Shown here: one piece after another, positions 41,935 to 51,086 of the stretch
How the letters are laid out: each line of letters opens with the position of its first letter
Numbering within the stretch: the first letter of the stretch is position 1
Made by a program: the position numbers and the translations under genes
Notes under the pieces: generated by a model
What the model saw: only the letters and a program-made list of their open reading frames with translations
Databases searched by the model: none
What the model was told of the DNA's origin: nothing
Sequence record: PZ452591.1
DNA: 64,000 nucleotides
From: a phage
Strand: one strand, 5' to 3'

Positions 41935-44199
41935 TCATAATTTACAGGATGAACAATCTTCAGCTTTTGGAGTTTCTATTTCATAATCATCAGTACCAGA
42001 ACCATCACGGGTATTATGATAATAGAAATTTTTAATGCCATAATACCATCCGTATAGCATGTCATCAATCATTATTGACATTGGAACCTTTCCTTTTGGA
42101 AAAATCTGCGGGTCATAGTATGTATTCGCTGAAGCTGATTGACATACCCATTTCAGCATAATAGCTACCTGTGTAAGATAAGGTTTATTACCTTTCTTAG
42201 CTAATTTCCATGTATAATCATAGAGGTCTATGTTATGCTCAATATTGGGCACGACTTGATTAAAGGAGCCCTCTTTTGATTCTTTAACAGAGACTGGTCC
42301 ACGTGGAGGCTCGATACCGTTTGTACTGTTAGAAACTTGGGAAGATGACTCACATGGCATAAGTGCTGATAATGTGCTATTACGGATGCCAAAGAGCTTA
42401 AGGTCTTCCCGCAGCGACGACCAGTCACAAACGTATTTTGGAGCTGCGATTTGGTCAATCTTTTTATTGTACCAGTCGATAGGTAATTCGCCTCGAGACC
42501 AACGAGTGTCTGAATAATATTCGCAAGGTCCTTTTTCTTTGGCGAGCTTAATGGATGCTTTAATGAGTCCATACTGTAATCTCTCAAATAGTTCATGTGT
42601 TAAATCGTTAGCATCTTCATAAGAAGCAAAGTTACTTGCCAGCCAAGCTGCATAGTTGGTAACACCTACACCGAGGTTACGACGCTTTTTAGCTTTTTCT
42701 GCTTCAGGAACTGGATATCCTTGGTAATCCAAAAGATTATCAAGAGCACGAACTTGAACTTCTGCCAATTCATTAATTTTATCTTGGTCTTGCCAGTCAA
42801 AATTATCTAGTACGAATGCAGATAACGTGCACAAGCCAATTTCAGCATCGGGGCTATTCACATCATTTGTTGGAATAGCAATTTCACAACATAAGTTACT
42901 CTGACGAATAGGTGCCTTTTCACGAATAAACGGAGTATAGTTATTCGTATTATCAATGAACTGTACATAAATCCTTGCTGTTCCTGAACGTTCAGTCATG
43001 AGCAATTCAAATAGTTCACGGGCTTTAATACGCTTTTTACGAATATTAGGGTCTTTTTCTGCTGCTTCGTATAATTCACGGAAACGGTCTTGGTCTTTAA
43101 AATAAGAATAATAAAGTTCTCCACCCATTTCATGCGGACTGAACAAAGTGATGTAATCGTTCTTTCCGAATCGTTCCATCATCAAATCATTCAGCTGAAC
43201 ACCATAATCCATATGACGAATGCGGTTTTCTTCTACACCTTTGTTATTTTTCAAAACGAGAAGATTTTCAACTTCCAAATGCCAAATAGGATAATAAGCA
43301 GTAGCAGCGCCGCCACGAATTCCACCCTGTGAGCATGATTTAACAGCAGTCTGAAAATGTTTCCAAAAAGGAATAACACCAGTATGGCGTACTTCACCCA
43401 TGCCAATCTTAGAACCTTCGGCGCGAATCATACCAACGTTAATACCAATTCCAGCGCGTTTAGAGATATATTCAACAATTGAAGCAGAAGCCTTATTGAT
43501 AGACTTCAATGAATCTCCTGCCTCAATAACAACACATGAACTAAACTGTCGAGTCGGAGTACGGCAACCAGCCATAATAGGAGTTGGCAGTGAAATCTGT
43601 CGAGTAGATACTGCTTCATAAAAACGAATAACATGTTTTAATCTATCAACAGGTTCATCTTGATGCAATGCCATTCCAATAGTCATAAATGCAAACTGTG
43701 GAGTTTCATAAATTTGACCAGTGGTTTTATCTTTAACTAGATATTTTTCTTTCAATTGCATCGCCCCGGAATAAGTAAATTCCATATCCCGCTCGTGTTT
43801 AATTTTTGATTCTAAAAATGTAATTTCTTCTGCTGAATATTTTGACAATAATTCAGGGTCATATTTACCTTCATTTACACAGTAAGAAATATGGTCAATA
43901 AATGAACGTGGTTCATACTGCCCATAAACATGCTTACGAAGAGCAAACATTAAACAACGTGCAGCTACATATTGATAATCAGGTTCTTCAACCGAAATAG
44001 AATTCGCAGCAGCCTTAATGACAATAGTCTGAATGTCATCAGTTGTCATTCCATCACGGAGATATGATTTAATATTTTCATATAATTCATAAGGATCTAC
44101 TGATGTTCCCTCAGATGCCCAAGATAAAACTTTAATAATTTTTTGTGGGTCAAAGCTCTGAGAAACACCACTACTTTTGATAACATTAATTAATTGCAT
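41935..44199 (-). CDS. nrdA: Ribonucleotide reductase class Ia large subunit (754 aa)
   Basis: 754 aa as in T4 NrdA; C-terminal CSSC redox pair. Confidence 0.95.
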   Translation of the reverse strand: MQLINVIKSSGVSQSFDPQKIIKVLSWASEGTSVDPYELYENIKSYLRDGMTTDDIQTIVIKAAANSISVEEPDYQYVAARCLMFALRKHVYGQYEPRSFIDHISYCVNEGKYDPELLSKYSAEEITFLESKIKHERDMEFTYSGAMQLKEKYLVKDKTTGQIYETPQFAFMTIGMALHQDEPVDRLKHVIRFYEAVSTRQISLPTPIMAGCRTPTRQFSSCVVIEAGDSLKSINKASASIVEYISKRAGIGINVGMIRAEGSKIGMGEVRHTGVIPFWKHFQTAVKSCSQGGIRGGAATAYYPIWHLEVENLLVLKNNKGVEENRIRHMDYGVQLNDLMMERFGKNDYITLFSPHEMGGELYYSYFKDQDRFRELYEAAEKDPNIRKKRIKARELFELLMTERSGTARIYVQFIDNTNNYTPFIREKAPIRQSNLCCEIAIPTNDVNSPDAEIGLCTLSAFVLDNFDWQDQDKINELAEVQVRALDNLLDYQGYPVPEAEKAKKRRNLGVGVTNYAAWLASNFASYEDANDLTHELFERLQYGLIKASIKLAKEKGPCEYYSDTRWSRGELPIDWYNKKIDQIAAPKYVCDWSSLREDLKLFGIRNSTLSALMPCESSSQVSNSTNGIEPPRGPVSVKESKEGSFNQVVPNIEHNIDLYDYTWKLAKKGNKPYLTQVAIMLKWVCQSASANTYYDPQIFPKGKVPMSIMIDDMLYGWYYGIKNFYYHNTRDGSGTDDYEIETPKAEDCSSCKL

Positions 44200-44516
44200 A
44201 AGTCCTCAACTTGAAAATCGTCTTTAAACAATCGGTTAACTATATGAGCTATTATATCACCATGACACGGCTTTGGTTTACATGTGCATCCTAGCCTCAT
44301 TCCACGTAAAGGCTCTAAATGTGCTTTAGTTATTTCTCCGGATTTAATTCGACGTATAAAATCTTTTTTGAATAATTCAATGGCAGCCTCCCGGCTGCCA
44401 GCATCTTTACCGACGTAATTTCCCCAAAATGTACCACGGTGAATATTAACATCAAAGTCGGATTTATATTTATTCACTACCCGACATAGACGGCCCGCGC
44501 GGTGATAATTCGGCAT
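44190..44516 (-). CDS. Hypothetical protein with CxC...CHGD motif (positional equivalent of T4 nrdA.1), 108 aa
   Basis: ORF; motif [12 protein letters not shown]. Confidence 0.65.
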   Translation of the reverse strand: MPNYHRAGRLCRVVNKYKSDFDVNIHRGTFWGNYVGKDAGSREAAIELFKKDFIRRIKSGEITKAHLEPLRGMRLGCTCKPKPCHGDIIAHIVNRLFKDDFQVEDLCN

Positions 44517-44733
44517 ATTGTTTTTCCGTTAAAACAGTAATATCGTAGTAACAGTCAGAAGAAGTTTTAACTGTGGAAATTTTATTATCAAAATACTCAC
44601 GAGTCATTTTATGAGTATAATATTTTTTACCATAAATGATAATAGGCTGATTTGGTCCTGGAACTTCTAGCTCACTTGGATTAGGAAGTGTAAAAAGAAC
44701 TACACCAGAAGTATCTTTAAATCGTAAAATCAT
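44470..44733 (-). CDS. Hypothetical protein, about 87 aa from first ATG
   Basis: ORF-track start TTG; ATG at codon 5. Confidence 0.55.
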   Translation of the reverse strand: MILRFKDTSGVVLFTLPNPSELEVPGPNQPIIIYGKKYYTHKMTREYFDNKISTVKTSSDCYYDITVLTEKQYAELSPRGPSMSGSE

Positions 44734-44756
44734 ATATCCTCGCAATTAAATTGAAA

Positions 44757-45617
44757 TTACACCGCCATCTTTCCTTTAATTGGCGGGTGAGATACATAGT
44801 TGTTAAGAACAAAATTATGCGGCTTTGCGAATTGACTCAACCAAAATACCTGCGATTCTGTGTCCCATTCATCAAATTCATCTGGAAATTTTAATTGCAA
44901 TTCGCATAAATCCATAGGTTCACGACGCAAAATTTCTTTACATTGTTCTACGTGATTCATATAGATATGAGTATTACCACCAGAAAATATCAAATCTCCA
45001 GGAATAAGATTACACATCTTAGCTACAATATGAACTAACGTAGCATATGATGCAATATTAAATGGAAGACCGAGGAAAACATCTACCGAACGTTGATACC
45101 ACTGCAAATCCAAATAGCCATTACGCACATTAAACTGATAGAACATATGACAAGGCGGTAATGCCATATATTTAAGTTCAGCTGGATTCCATGCAGAAAC
45201 AATTTGACGCCTATCATTTGGCAATTTTTTAATACGATCAACAACTTCTATAATTTGGTCTACACCGCCAAAATCGCGCCATTGTTTTCCATAAATTGGA
45301 CCAAGTTCACCGCTATGGTATCCTAAATCTTTTGCTTGATTTTCGTAATTTTCATCCCAGACTGTTTTGCCTTGAATTAATGAATCATGTTGAATTAATC
45401 GTAAATCATTGACATTTGTGCTTCCCGATAAAAACCATATTAGCTCAGCAATGCAAGCTTTCCAGGCGAGCTTCTTAGTTGTTACTGCAGGAAAACCTTT
45501 AGTTAAATCCCAGCGTAATTTAGTACCGAACAAAGCAATTGTTCCTGTGCCCGTTCGGTCATCGGTTTCATAGCCATTTTCAAAAATGTCTTTAATTAAA
45601 TCTTGGTATTGTTTCAT
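44757..45617 (-). CDS. td: Thymidylate synthase (286 aa), uninterrupted
   Basis: Matches T4 Td across full length as a single continuous ORF (no group I intron, no I-TevI ORF). Confidence 0.95.
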   Translation of the reverse strand: MKQYQDLIKDIFENGYETDDRTGTGTIALFGTKLRWDLTKGFPAVTTKKLAWKACIAELIWFLSGSTNVNDLRLIQHDSLIQGKTVWDENYENQAKDLGYHSGELGPIYGKQWRDFGGVDQIIEVVDRIKKLPNDRRQIVSAWNPAELKYMALPPCHMFYQFNVRNGYLDLQWYQRSVDVFLGLPFNIASYATLVHIVAKMCNLIPGDLIFSGGNTHIYMNHVEQCKEILRREPMDLCELQLKFPDEFDEWDTESQVFWLSQFAKPHNFVLNNYVSHPPIKGKMAV

Positions 45618-45662
45618 TTAGTACCTTATATAAATTATAATACATTTTATGAAGCTAAATAA

Positions 45663-46010
45663 TCAATACGGTTTAGCATCAAATTTTCTCTCAATTTCAG
45701 GCGTGAAATATAATTCTTTACCGCGTTTGGAAAAGCGACCAATAATATGATAATTATTCTCATCAAACGTAATATTACCAATATCCATAGCTTTCAACCA
45801 AATATCGATATTTCTATCCAGCTTTATGTCAAAATTCCAATACGGAGAACTATTACCGAAAATACTGCAAGCGGATTCAGTGAAACAGCTACTATAAATC
45901 TTGTCTTTAGGAACTACTAATTGATAGACACCTTTAATAAACTGAGGACCCTGCCACTTTGGCTGTTTCGCGTCTTCTTCTAATAGAATAGGGTAATAAT
46001 TAAAATTCAT
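45663..46010 (-). CDS. Hypothetical protein, about 115 aa, lying between frd and td
   Basis: ORF-track start GTG; first ATG at 46010; not expected at the T4 frd-td junction. Confidence 0.55.
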   Translation of the reverse strand: MNFNYYPILLEEDAKQPKWQGPQFIKGVYQLVVPKDKIYSSCFTESACSIFGNSSPYWNFDIKLDRNIDIWLKAMDIGNITFDENNYHIIGRFSKRGKELYFTPEIERKFDAKPY

Positions 46011-46030
46011 ATTTTCCGTCACGCGTTATT

Positions 46031-46859
<829 letters not shown>

Positions 46860-46869
46860 ATTATTTTCC

Positions 46870-47112
46870 TTAAACAGACTTTTTCACAATTTTCCAATCA
46901 GCTTTAAACTGCTCGACGTCAGAATGGTAAATCCAAAATCCTGCGCTTTCTCCATCCTCATAAAGAGGGCATCCATCACATTCATCTTCCCACCCCATAT
47001 CGCGTAAAAGGTGTTCAGCTTTTTCAACAAGTTCAGAATCTTTACCGATGATATTATAATACCATTTACCTCTAACTTCCGAGTCTTTGATGCTCTGACG
47101 TTGTAATCTCAT
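46870..47112 (-). CDS. Hypothetical protein, 80 aa
   Basis: ORF with GAGGAG SD and promoter-like element upstream. Confidence 0.7.
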   Translation of the reverse strand: MRLQRQSIKDSEVRGKWYYNIIGKDSELVEKAEHLLRDMGWEDECDGCPLYEDGESAGFWIYHSDVEQFKADWKIVKKSV

Positions 47113-47132
47113 TTTATTCTCCTCAAGTTGAT

Positions 47133-47168
47133 AAGGCTATAGTATCATTACCATAGCCTGTTGTAACA
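47133..47168 (-). promoter_or_regulatory. Promoter-like element (GTTACA - 17 bp - TACTAT) upstream of the 80-aa ORF
   Basis: Overlaps a short palindrome ggctat...atagcc. Confidence 0.45.
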
Positions 47169-47169
47169 T

Positions 47170-47397
47170 TTATTTTTGGATTAAGCCCATATAAAATTTA
47201 GCATCTTCAGGATACATGCCATCACAATACTCATTGGTCATAAAACTAATAAGGTCTTCAAGAGGACCTTGGACCTCAATTTGAATACTAAAGAATTGGG
47301 TATCTTTAATGTAAGCCATACTCAAAGAAGGATAACGATTGCGGATAACTTCGTAAGTGTATTCAAAATCAACAATATCAATATTAACCTTAGCCAT
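47170..47397 (-). CDS. Small protein paralog A (about 75 aa from [13 protein letters not shown]...)
   Basis: ATG preceded by GAGGAAA; paralogous to ORF at 47880..48107. Confidence 0.7.
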   Translation of the reverse strand: MAKVNIDIVDFEYTYEVIRNRYPSLSMAYIKDTQFFSIQIEVQGPLEDLISFMTNEYCDGMYPEDAKFYMGLIQK

Positions 47398-47419
47398 TTT
47401 ATTTTCCTCATGTAGTTGA

Positions 47420-47457
47420 TAGGGTAATAGTATCACACTACTACCCTACTGTAAACT
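47420..47457 (-). promoter_or_regulatory. Early-promoter-like element upstream of small paralog A
   Basis: GTTTAC - 17 bp - TGATACTAT. Confidence 0.5.
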
Positions 47458-47836
47458 ACTTTTTGAAAGTTTTTCGCAAAAGTTCAATGATTTCATCTAC
47501 ATTGTTTTCATCTACAATGCAGTGAATTTTTATTACGCCAGAAACCGGGTCTTTGACTTCAACTTCTTCAGAAGTCGGTTCTTTATACTCACGAAAACAA
47601 TGAAATTCGTCTTCGCAAATTTCTAAAAGTCTATCTTTGAGGTAAAAATGCTTTCCATTTGCGCATTCAATGTGTTTTACTGCTTTATATCCATTAGCGA
47701 CGGAAACTTCTTTAACTTCAAACCATCCGCCATTATCTCGAATCGCTTTAACTATTGATGAATTAGAACGTGGGCTATAATTAATAAATGTATCAATAAG
47801 TCTTGGAACAAGTTCATACTTTTTGCCAATATACAT
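47456..47836 (-). CDS. Hypothetical protein, 126 aa
   Basis: ORF with GAGGAAA SD. Confidence 0.7.
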   Translation of the reverse strand: MYIGKKYELVPRLIDTFINYSPRSNSSIVKAIRDNGGWFEVKEVSVANGYKAVKHIECANGKHFYLKDRLLEICEDEFHCFREYKEPTSEEVEVKDPVSGVIKIHCIVDENNVDEIIELLRKTFKK

Positions 47837-47879
47837 TACGTTTCCTCATTTTGATAGGGGCTTGATAGCCCCTTGATAA

Positions 47880-48107
47880 TTACTGTTCAATAAATCCTGT
47901 GTAAAATTCTACATCTTCAGCATCCATACCGTCGCAGTATTCATTAACCATAAACTGTTTAAGACGATTTAAAGGACCTTCAATAACAACTGAAACATTA
48001 CAATTAGGATCATTTAGTGCGCTTATGATACTAAGTTCAGGATAACGATTACGAATAATTTCTTCAATATATTCAAAATCAACAACATCAATATCAATTT
48101 TAGCCAT
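47880..48107 (-). CDS. Small protein paralog B (about 75 aa from [13 protein letters not shown]...)
   Basis: ATG preceded by AGAGGAAA; shares EYCDGM and FY.G.I motifs with paralog A. Confidence 0.7.
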   Translation of the reverse strand: MAKIDIDVVDFEYIEEIIRNRYPELSIISALNDPNCNVSVVIEGPLNRLKQFMVNEYCDGMDAEDVEFYTGFIEQ

Positions 48108-48144
48108 ATTATTTTCCTCTTTAATCATCAGCAGTATTGCCGAT

Positions 48145-48181
48145 AGTTGTATAGTACCATAAAGCTTTATGCTTGTAAACA
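48145..48181 (-). promoter_or_regulatory. Early-promoter-like element upstream of small paralog B
   Basis: GTTTAC ... GGTACTATAC. Confidence 0.5.
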
Positions 48182-48191
48182 GTTTTGTGAA

Positions 48192-48222
48192 AAAATTTTT
48201 TGAAATAAAAAAAGGGACCTCT
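48192..48222 (-). terminator. Rho-independent terminator after gene 32
   Basis: GGGGACCC-TAGA-GGTCCC hairpin followed by TTTTTTT on minus strand. Confidence 0.85.
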
Positions 48223-48253
48223 AGGGTCCCCGATTAATTAGTAATATAATCTG

Positions 48254-49159
48254 TTAAAGGTCATTCAAAAGGTCATCCAGGTCCGTGTCATCAGCACTAG
48301 ATGAACTGCCAGAGCTTGAGCTCATAAAATCATCTTCAGTTTTTGTTTTGAAGTCATCAACATTGAATGCATCCAAATCATCAGCAACTTTATCAGCTTT
48401 CTTAGCAGCAGTTGCAGCGGCACCGCCCATCACAGCAGTTCCCATAACTTGACCGAATTTAGTATTCAGTTCTTCAAACGATTTGAATTTATCTTTAGAA
48501 GTCATTTCAGAAAGGTCAACCATTTGTTCGAACAGTTCTTTCTGGAAAGATTCATCATCAATGTTTGGAATCGCAGATTGATTCAGGAATTTAGATTCGT
48601 CGTAGTTACTAAATCCAGAAACCTGTTTAACTTTCAGTACAAAGTTAGCACCTTCCCACGGGCAAGTTACATCAACCGGAGTTTCACCCATTTCGACATC
48701 AACCGCAATCATTGCATTGATTTTATCCCAGATTTTCTTACCGAAACGGTATTTAAATACTTTACCTTCGTTTTCTGGAGCAGCTGGGTCTTTTACAACA
48801 AGAATATTAGCCCAGTAAGAAGTTTTACGTTTAACAAGACTGTACTCTTTATTGTCAGTGTTGTACAGATCATTTTTACTGATGTATTGACATACTGGGC
48901 AAGAATCGTAATCACCATGGGTAGATGAACATGTTTCAATATACCATTTACCATTTTTCTTGAAACCGTGATTTACAAGAATTGCGAATGGTGCTTGTTC
49001 ATCATTTTTAGACGGAAGAAAACGAATTACTGCTTGACCGTTACCCGCATTATCGAGTTTCAGTTTCCACTCGCCTTTATCTTCAGAAGAAAAACCTTTA
49101 TTGCCATTCAGTTTAGCCATTTGTGCAGCAAGTTCAGCAGTAGATTTACGTTTAAACAT
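48254..49159 (-). CDS. 32: Single-stranded DNA-binding protein gp32 (301 aa)
   Basis: Matches T4 gp32 including zinc-binding Cys/His region and acidic C-terminus. Confidence 0.97.
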
Positions 49160-49225
49160 TTTATTTCCTTTTTAATTTAATTAACAGTTGGTGCTATGAC
49201 ACTTTACCTCATAGCTGGCATAATT
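49160..49225 (-). promoter_or_regulatory. Gene 32 autoregulatory translational operator (pseudoknot plus UUAAA-repeat leader)
   Basis: mRNA-sense leader ...GCCAGCTATGAGGTAAAGTGTCATAGCACCAACTGTTAATTAAATTAAAAAGGAAATAAAATG matches the remembered T4 gene 32 operator. Confidence 0.8.
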
Positions 49226-49841
49226 CGCAATACTCTGGGTCTTCGAGAGGTATCCAACCTGAGTTGAAATACTTTACCATCGATTTAGCAGTTGTATCAG
49301 TTATATTTATATTACCTTTAACTCTTCGCCATCCAGGAGTTTTACCGTACAGATTAGAGGATAATAATAACTCATAATTCTCGTAAGCAATATGAGATAA
49401 TTTCCAAGACTCTATATTAGCTCGTGATGTTTTCCAAGGTCTAAAATCGTCACGGTTCATATAATTAGCCAATCTCATATGCTCTCTAACTTCCGGGTCT
49501 TTGGCTGGATGAGTTTCACCACTCACACCAAATCCACCACCAGCATATACCAGATTAAAATAGTCTGGATTATCTCTGGCATTTACTTCAAGTTGGTATT
49601 TTCGTTCTGCTTCAATAACATCCAAGTCATCATCAATTTGAATTATTTTAACGCTCGGTTTTTGAAGCATTAGCGCATTCAAAAATCTTTTTTGTTTACA
49701 TGAGCTCCAGTATTCCTTTCCGGAAGAGTCATATATTATTCCGTTCTCAAATGAGCAATTTAATTTACTACCGATATAGTAGTATGGCGGAGTCTTATTT
49801 TTGACACGGTCTTCAAATGTAAACCAATATACTATATTCAT
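49209..49841 (-). CDS. segG: GIY-YIG homing endonuclease, SegG-like (210 aa)
   Basis: N-terminal GIY-YIG-like motifs IVYWF ... YYYIGSK; located between genes 32 and 59 where T4 carries segG. Confidence 0.75.
   Translation of the reverse strand: MNIVYWFTFEDRVKNKTPPYYYIGSKLNCSFENGIIYDSSGKEYWSSCKQKRFLNALMLQKPSVKIIQIDDDLDVIEAERKYQLEVNARDNPDYFNLVYAGGGFGVSGETHPAKDPEVREHMRLANYMNRDDFRPWKTSRANIESWKLSHIAYENYELLLSSNLYGKTPGWRRVKGNINITDTTAKSMVKYFNSGWIPLEDPEYCELCQL
49304..49311 (-). promoter_or_regulatory. Late-promoter-like TATAAATA upstream of gene 32 (inside segG)
   Basis: Exact motif on minus strand about 145 bp upstream of gene 32. Confidence 0.5.
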
Positions 49842-49842
49842 A

Positions 49843-50496
49843 TCAATACTTGCAAGATTTCACAGTTTCAATGAAAACACTTTTAGCTTTCTGTGAATCA
49901 ATATTTAAAATTTTTCTATAAGCCTTTAACTTTATAGAATAATTATTCCAGACTAAATTATCAGTCTGTTCATCATGTTTATCAATTATATTTAAAAACG
50001 AATCAAGCAAGATAAACGTCTCAAACGAAATTATGTTCGATTGCAGAAGTTTAAAAATATAACTTGACTGAACCTTTGGATTATATTCAAAGATTTCTTT
50101 AAAAGCAGAAACTTCAACTTTCTTACTAAAATAATAAATGTTGCGAATATCTTCTTCAAACTTAAATTTAATTTGCTTTAAGCGTCCGATATATTCACGA
50201 TAAAACACAAGTGCATCAGCGTCAGAGATGTCACCAATCCAAGCATCTTGGTTAGCAACCAAATTACTTATAAAGATTAAAGCAAGTTCCTTTAATTTAT
50301 ATTTTTCTGATAACTTCTGGAAAAAATACTTATCCCTTCGCTTTTGATAAGCGGCATCAGACACCCGCATGCACCAATTATACTTAATTACATCATACTT
50401 TCCATTCATATGCTGTTTTATCATTAAGTATAATTTATAAACTGATTTACCATCAATGTATCTTTCACCACCAGCAGGCATGCGGAGTTTAATCAT
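49843..50496 (-). CDS. 59: Helicase loader gp59 (217 aa)
   Basis: 217 aa, matches T4 gp59. Confidence 0.9.
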   Translation of the reverse strand: MIKLRMPAGGERYIDGKSVYKLYLMIKQHMNGKYDVIKYNWCMRVSDAAYQKRRDKYFFQKLSEKYKLKELALIFISNLVANQDAWIGDISDADALVFYREYIGRLKQIKFKFEEDIRNIYYFSKKVEVSAFKEIFEYNPKVQSSYIFKLLQSNIISFETFILLDSFLNIIDKHDEQTDNLVWNNYSIKLKAYRKILNIDSQKAKSVFIETVKSCKY

Positions 50497-50831
50497 AGCA
50501 GAAAATCTAGTGTATTAGTTTTTTCACAACGAACAACAGAAGGACGTAAAAGATTTTCGTCAATGGCTTCTGACTGAATTTTTTCAATTATACCCGAAGG
50601 AATAAATTTAGCAAATTGAGTTTCAGGAATAGAGTTTTCTTCCAAGAATGCTGTTGTAGCTTCAAGATAACTCATTCCAAACTCTTCTACCATTTTTTCA
50701 ATAATAAATCCGTTTTCTTGACGATCAAGAAGCTTTGCTATTTCATCCTTTTCTTTCTTGATTGAAAGTTCTTTTTCTGAAAGACCGGTCTCATCGACCG
50801 GACGAATATCATTTAGAGAAAACTGTGTCAT
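50493..50831 (-). CDS. 33: Late transcription co-activator gp33 (112 aa)
   Basis: Matches T4 gp33 from MTQFSLNDIRPV; ORF-track start is upstream TTG. Confidence 0.9.
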   Translation of the reverse strand: MTQFSLNDIRPVDETGLSEKELSIKKEKDEIAKLLDRQENGFIIEKMVEEFGMSYLEATTAFLEENSIPETQFAKFIPSGIIEKIQSEAIDENLLRPSVVRCEKTNTLDFLL

Positions 50832-51078
50832 AAAGTTCAACTACCTCTTCAGTTTCAGCTTCAAACACATCACGATTATCTTTATGATACAAAGCTAATA
50901 GACGATTAAACATCTTACCATCAACGCCAAGTTCATCTTTGGCACGAATTCGAATATCTTTAATCAGTTCATTATAACCGGAAATTTTCAGTTTATGGTC
51001 AGATGCTTCTTTAATAAATTTAGCCAAGTCTTCGCCATGGATAGCTTCATCAAATTCAACCATTTCTTTTTTAGCCAT
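50809..51078 (-). CDS. dsbA: dsDNA-binding protein DsbA (89 aa)
   Basis: 89 aa, position between rnh and 33. Confidence 0.85.
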   Translation of the reverse strand: MAKKEMVEFDEAIHGEDLAKFIKEASDHKLKISGYNELIKDIRIRAKDELGVDGKMFNRLLALYHKDNRDVFEAETEEVVELYDTVFSK

Positions 51079-51086
51079 TATTCACC

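Noticed and set aside
48449-49180. Plus-strand ORFs (159 and 70 aa) inside gene 32
   Set aside because: Antisense within gene 32; Phe/Ile-rich artefactual translation of AT-rich antisense
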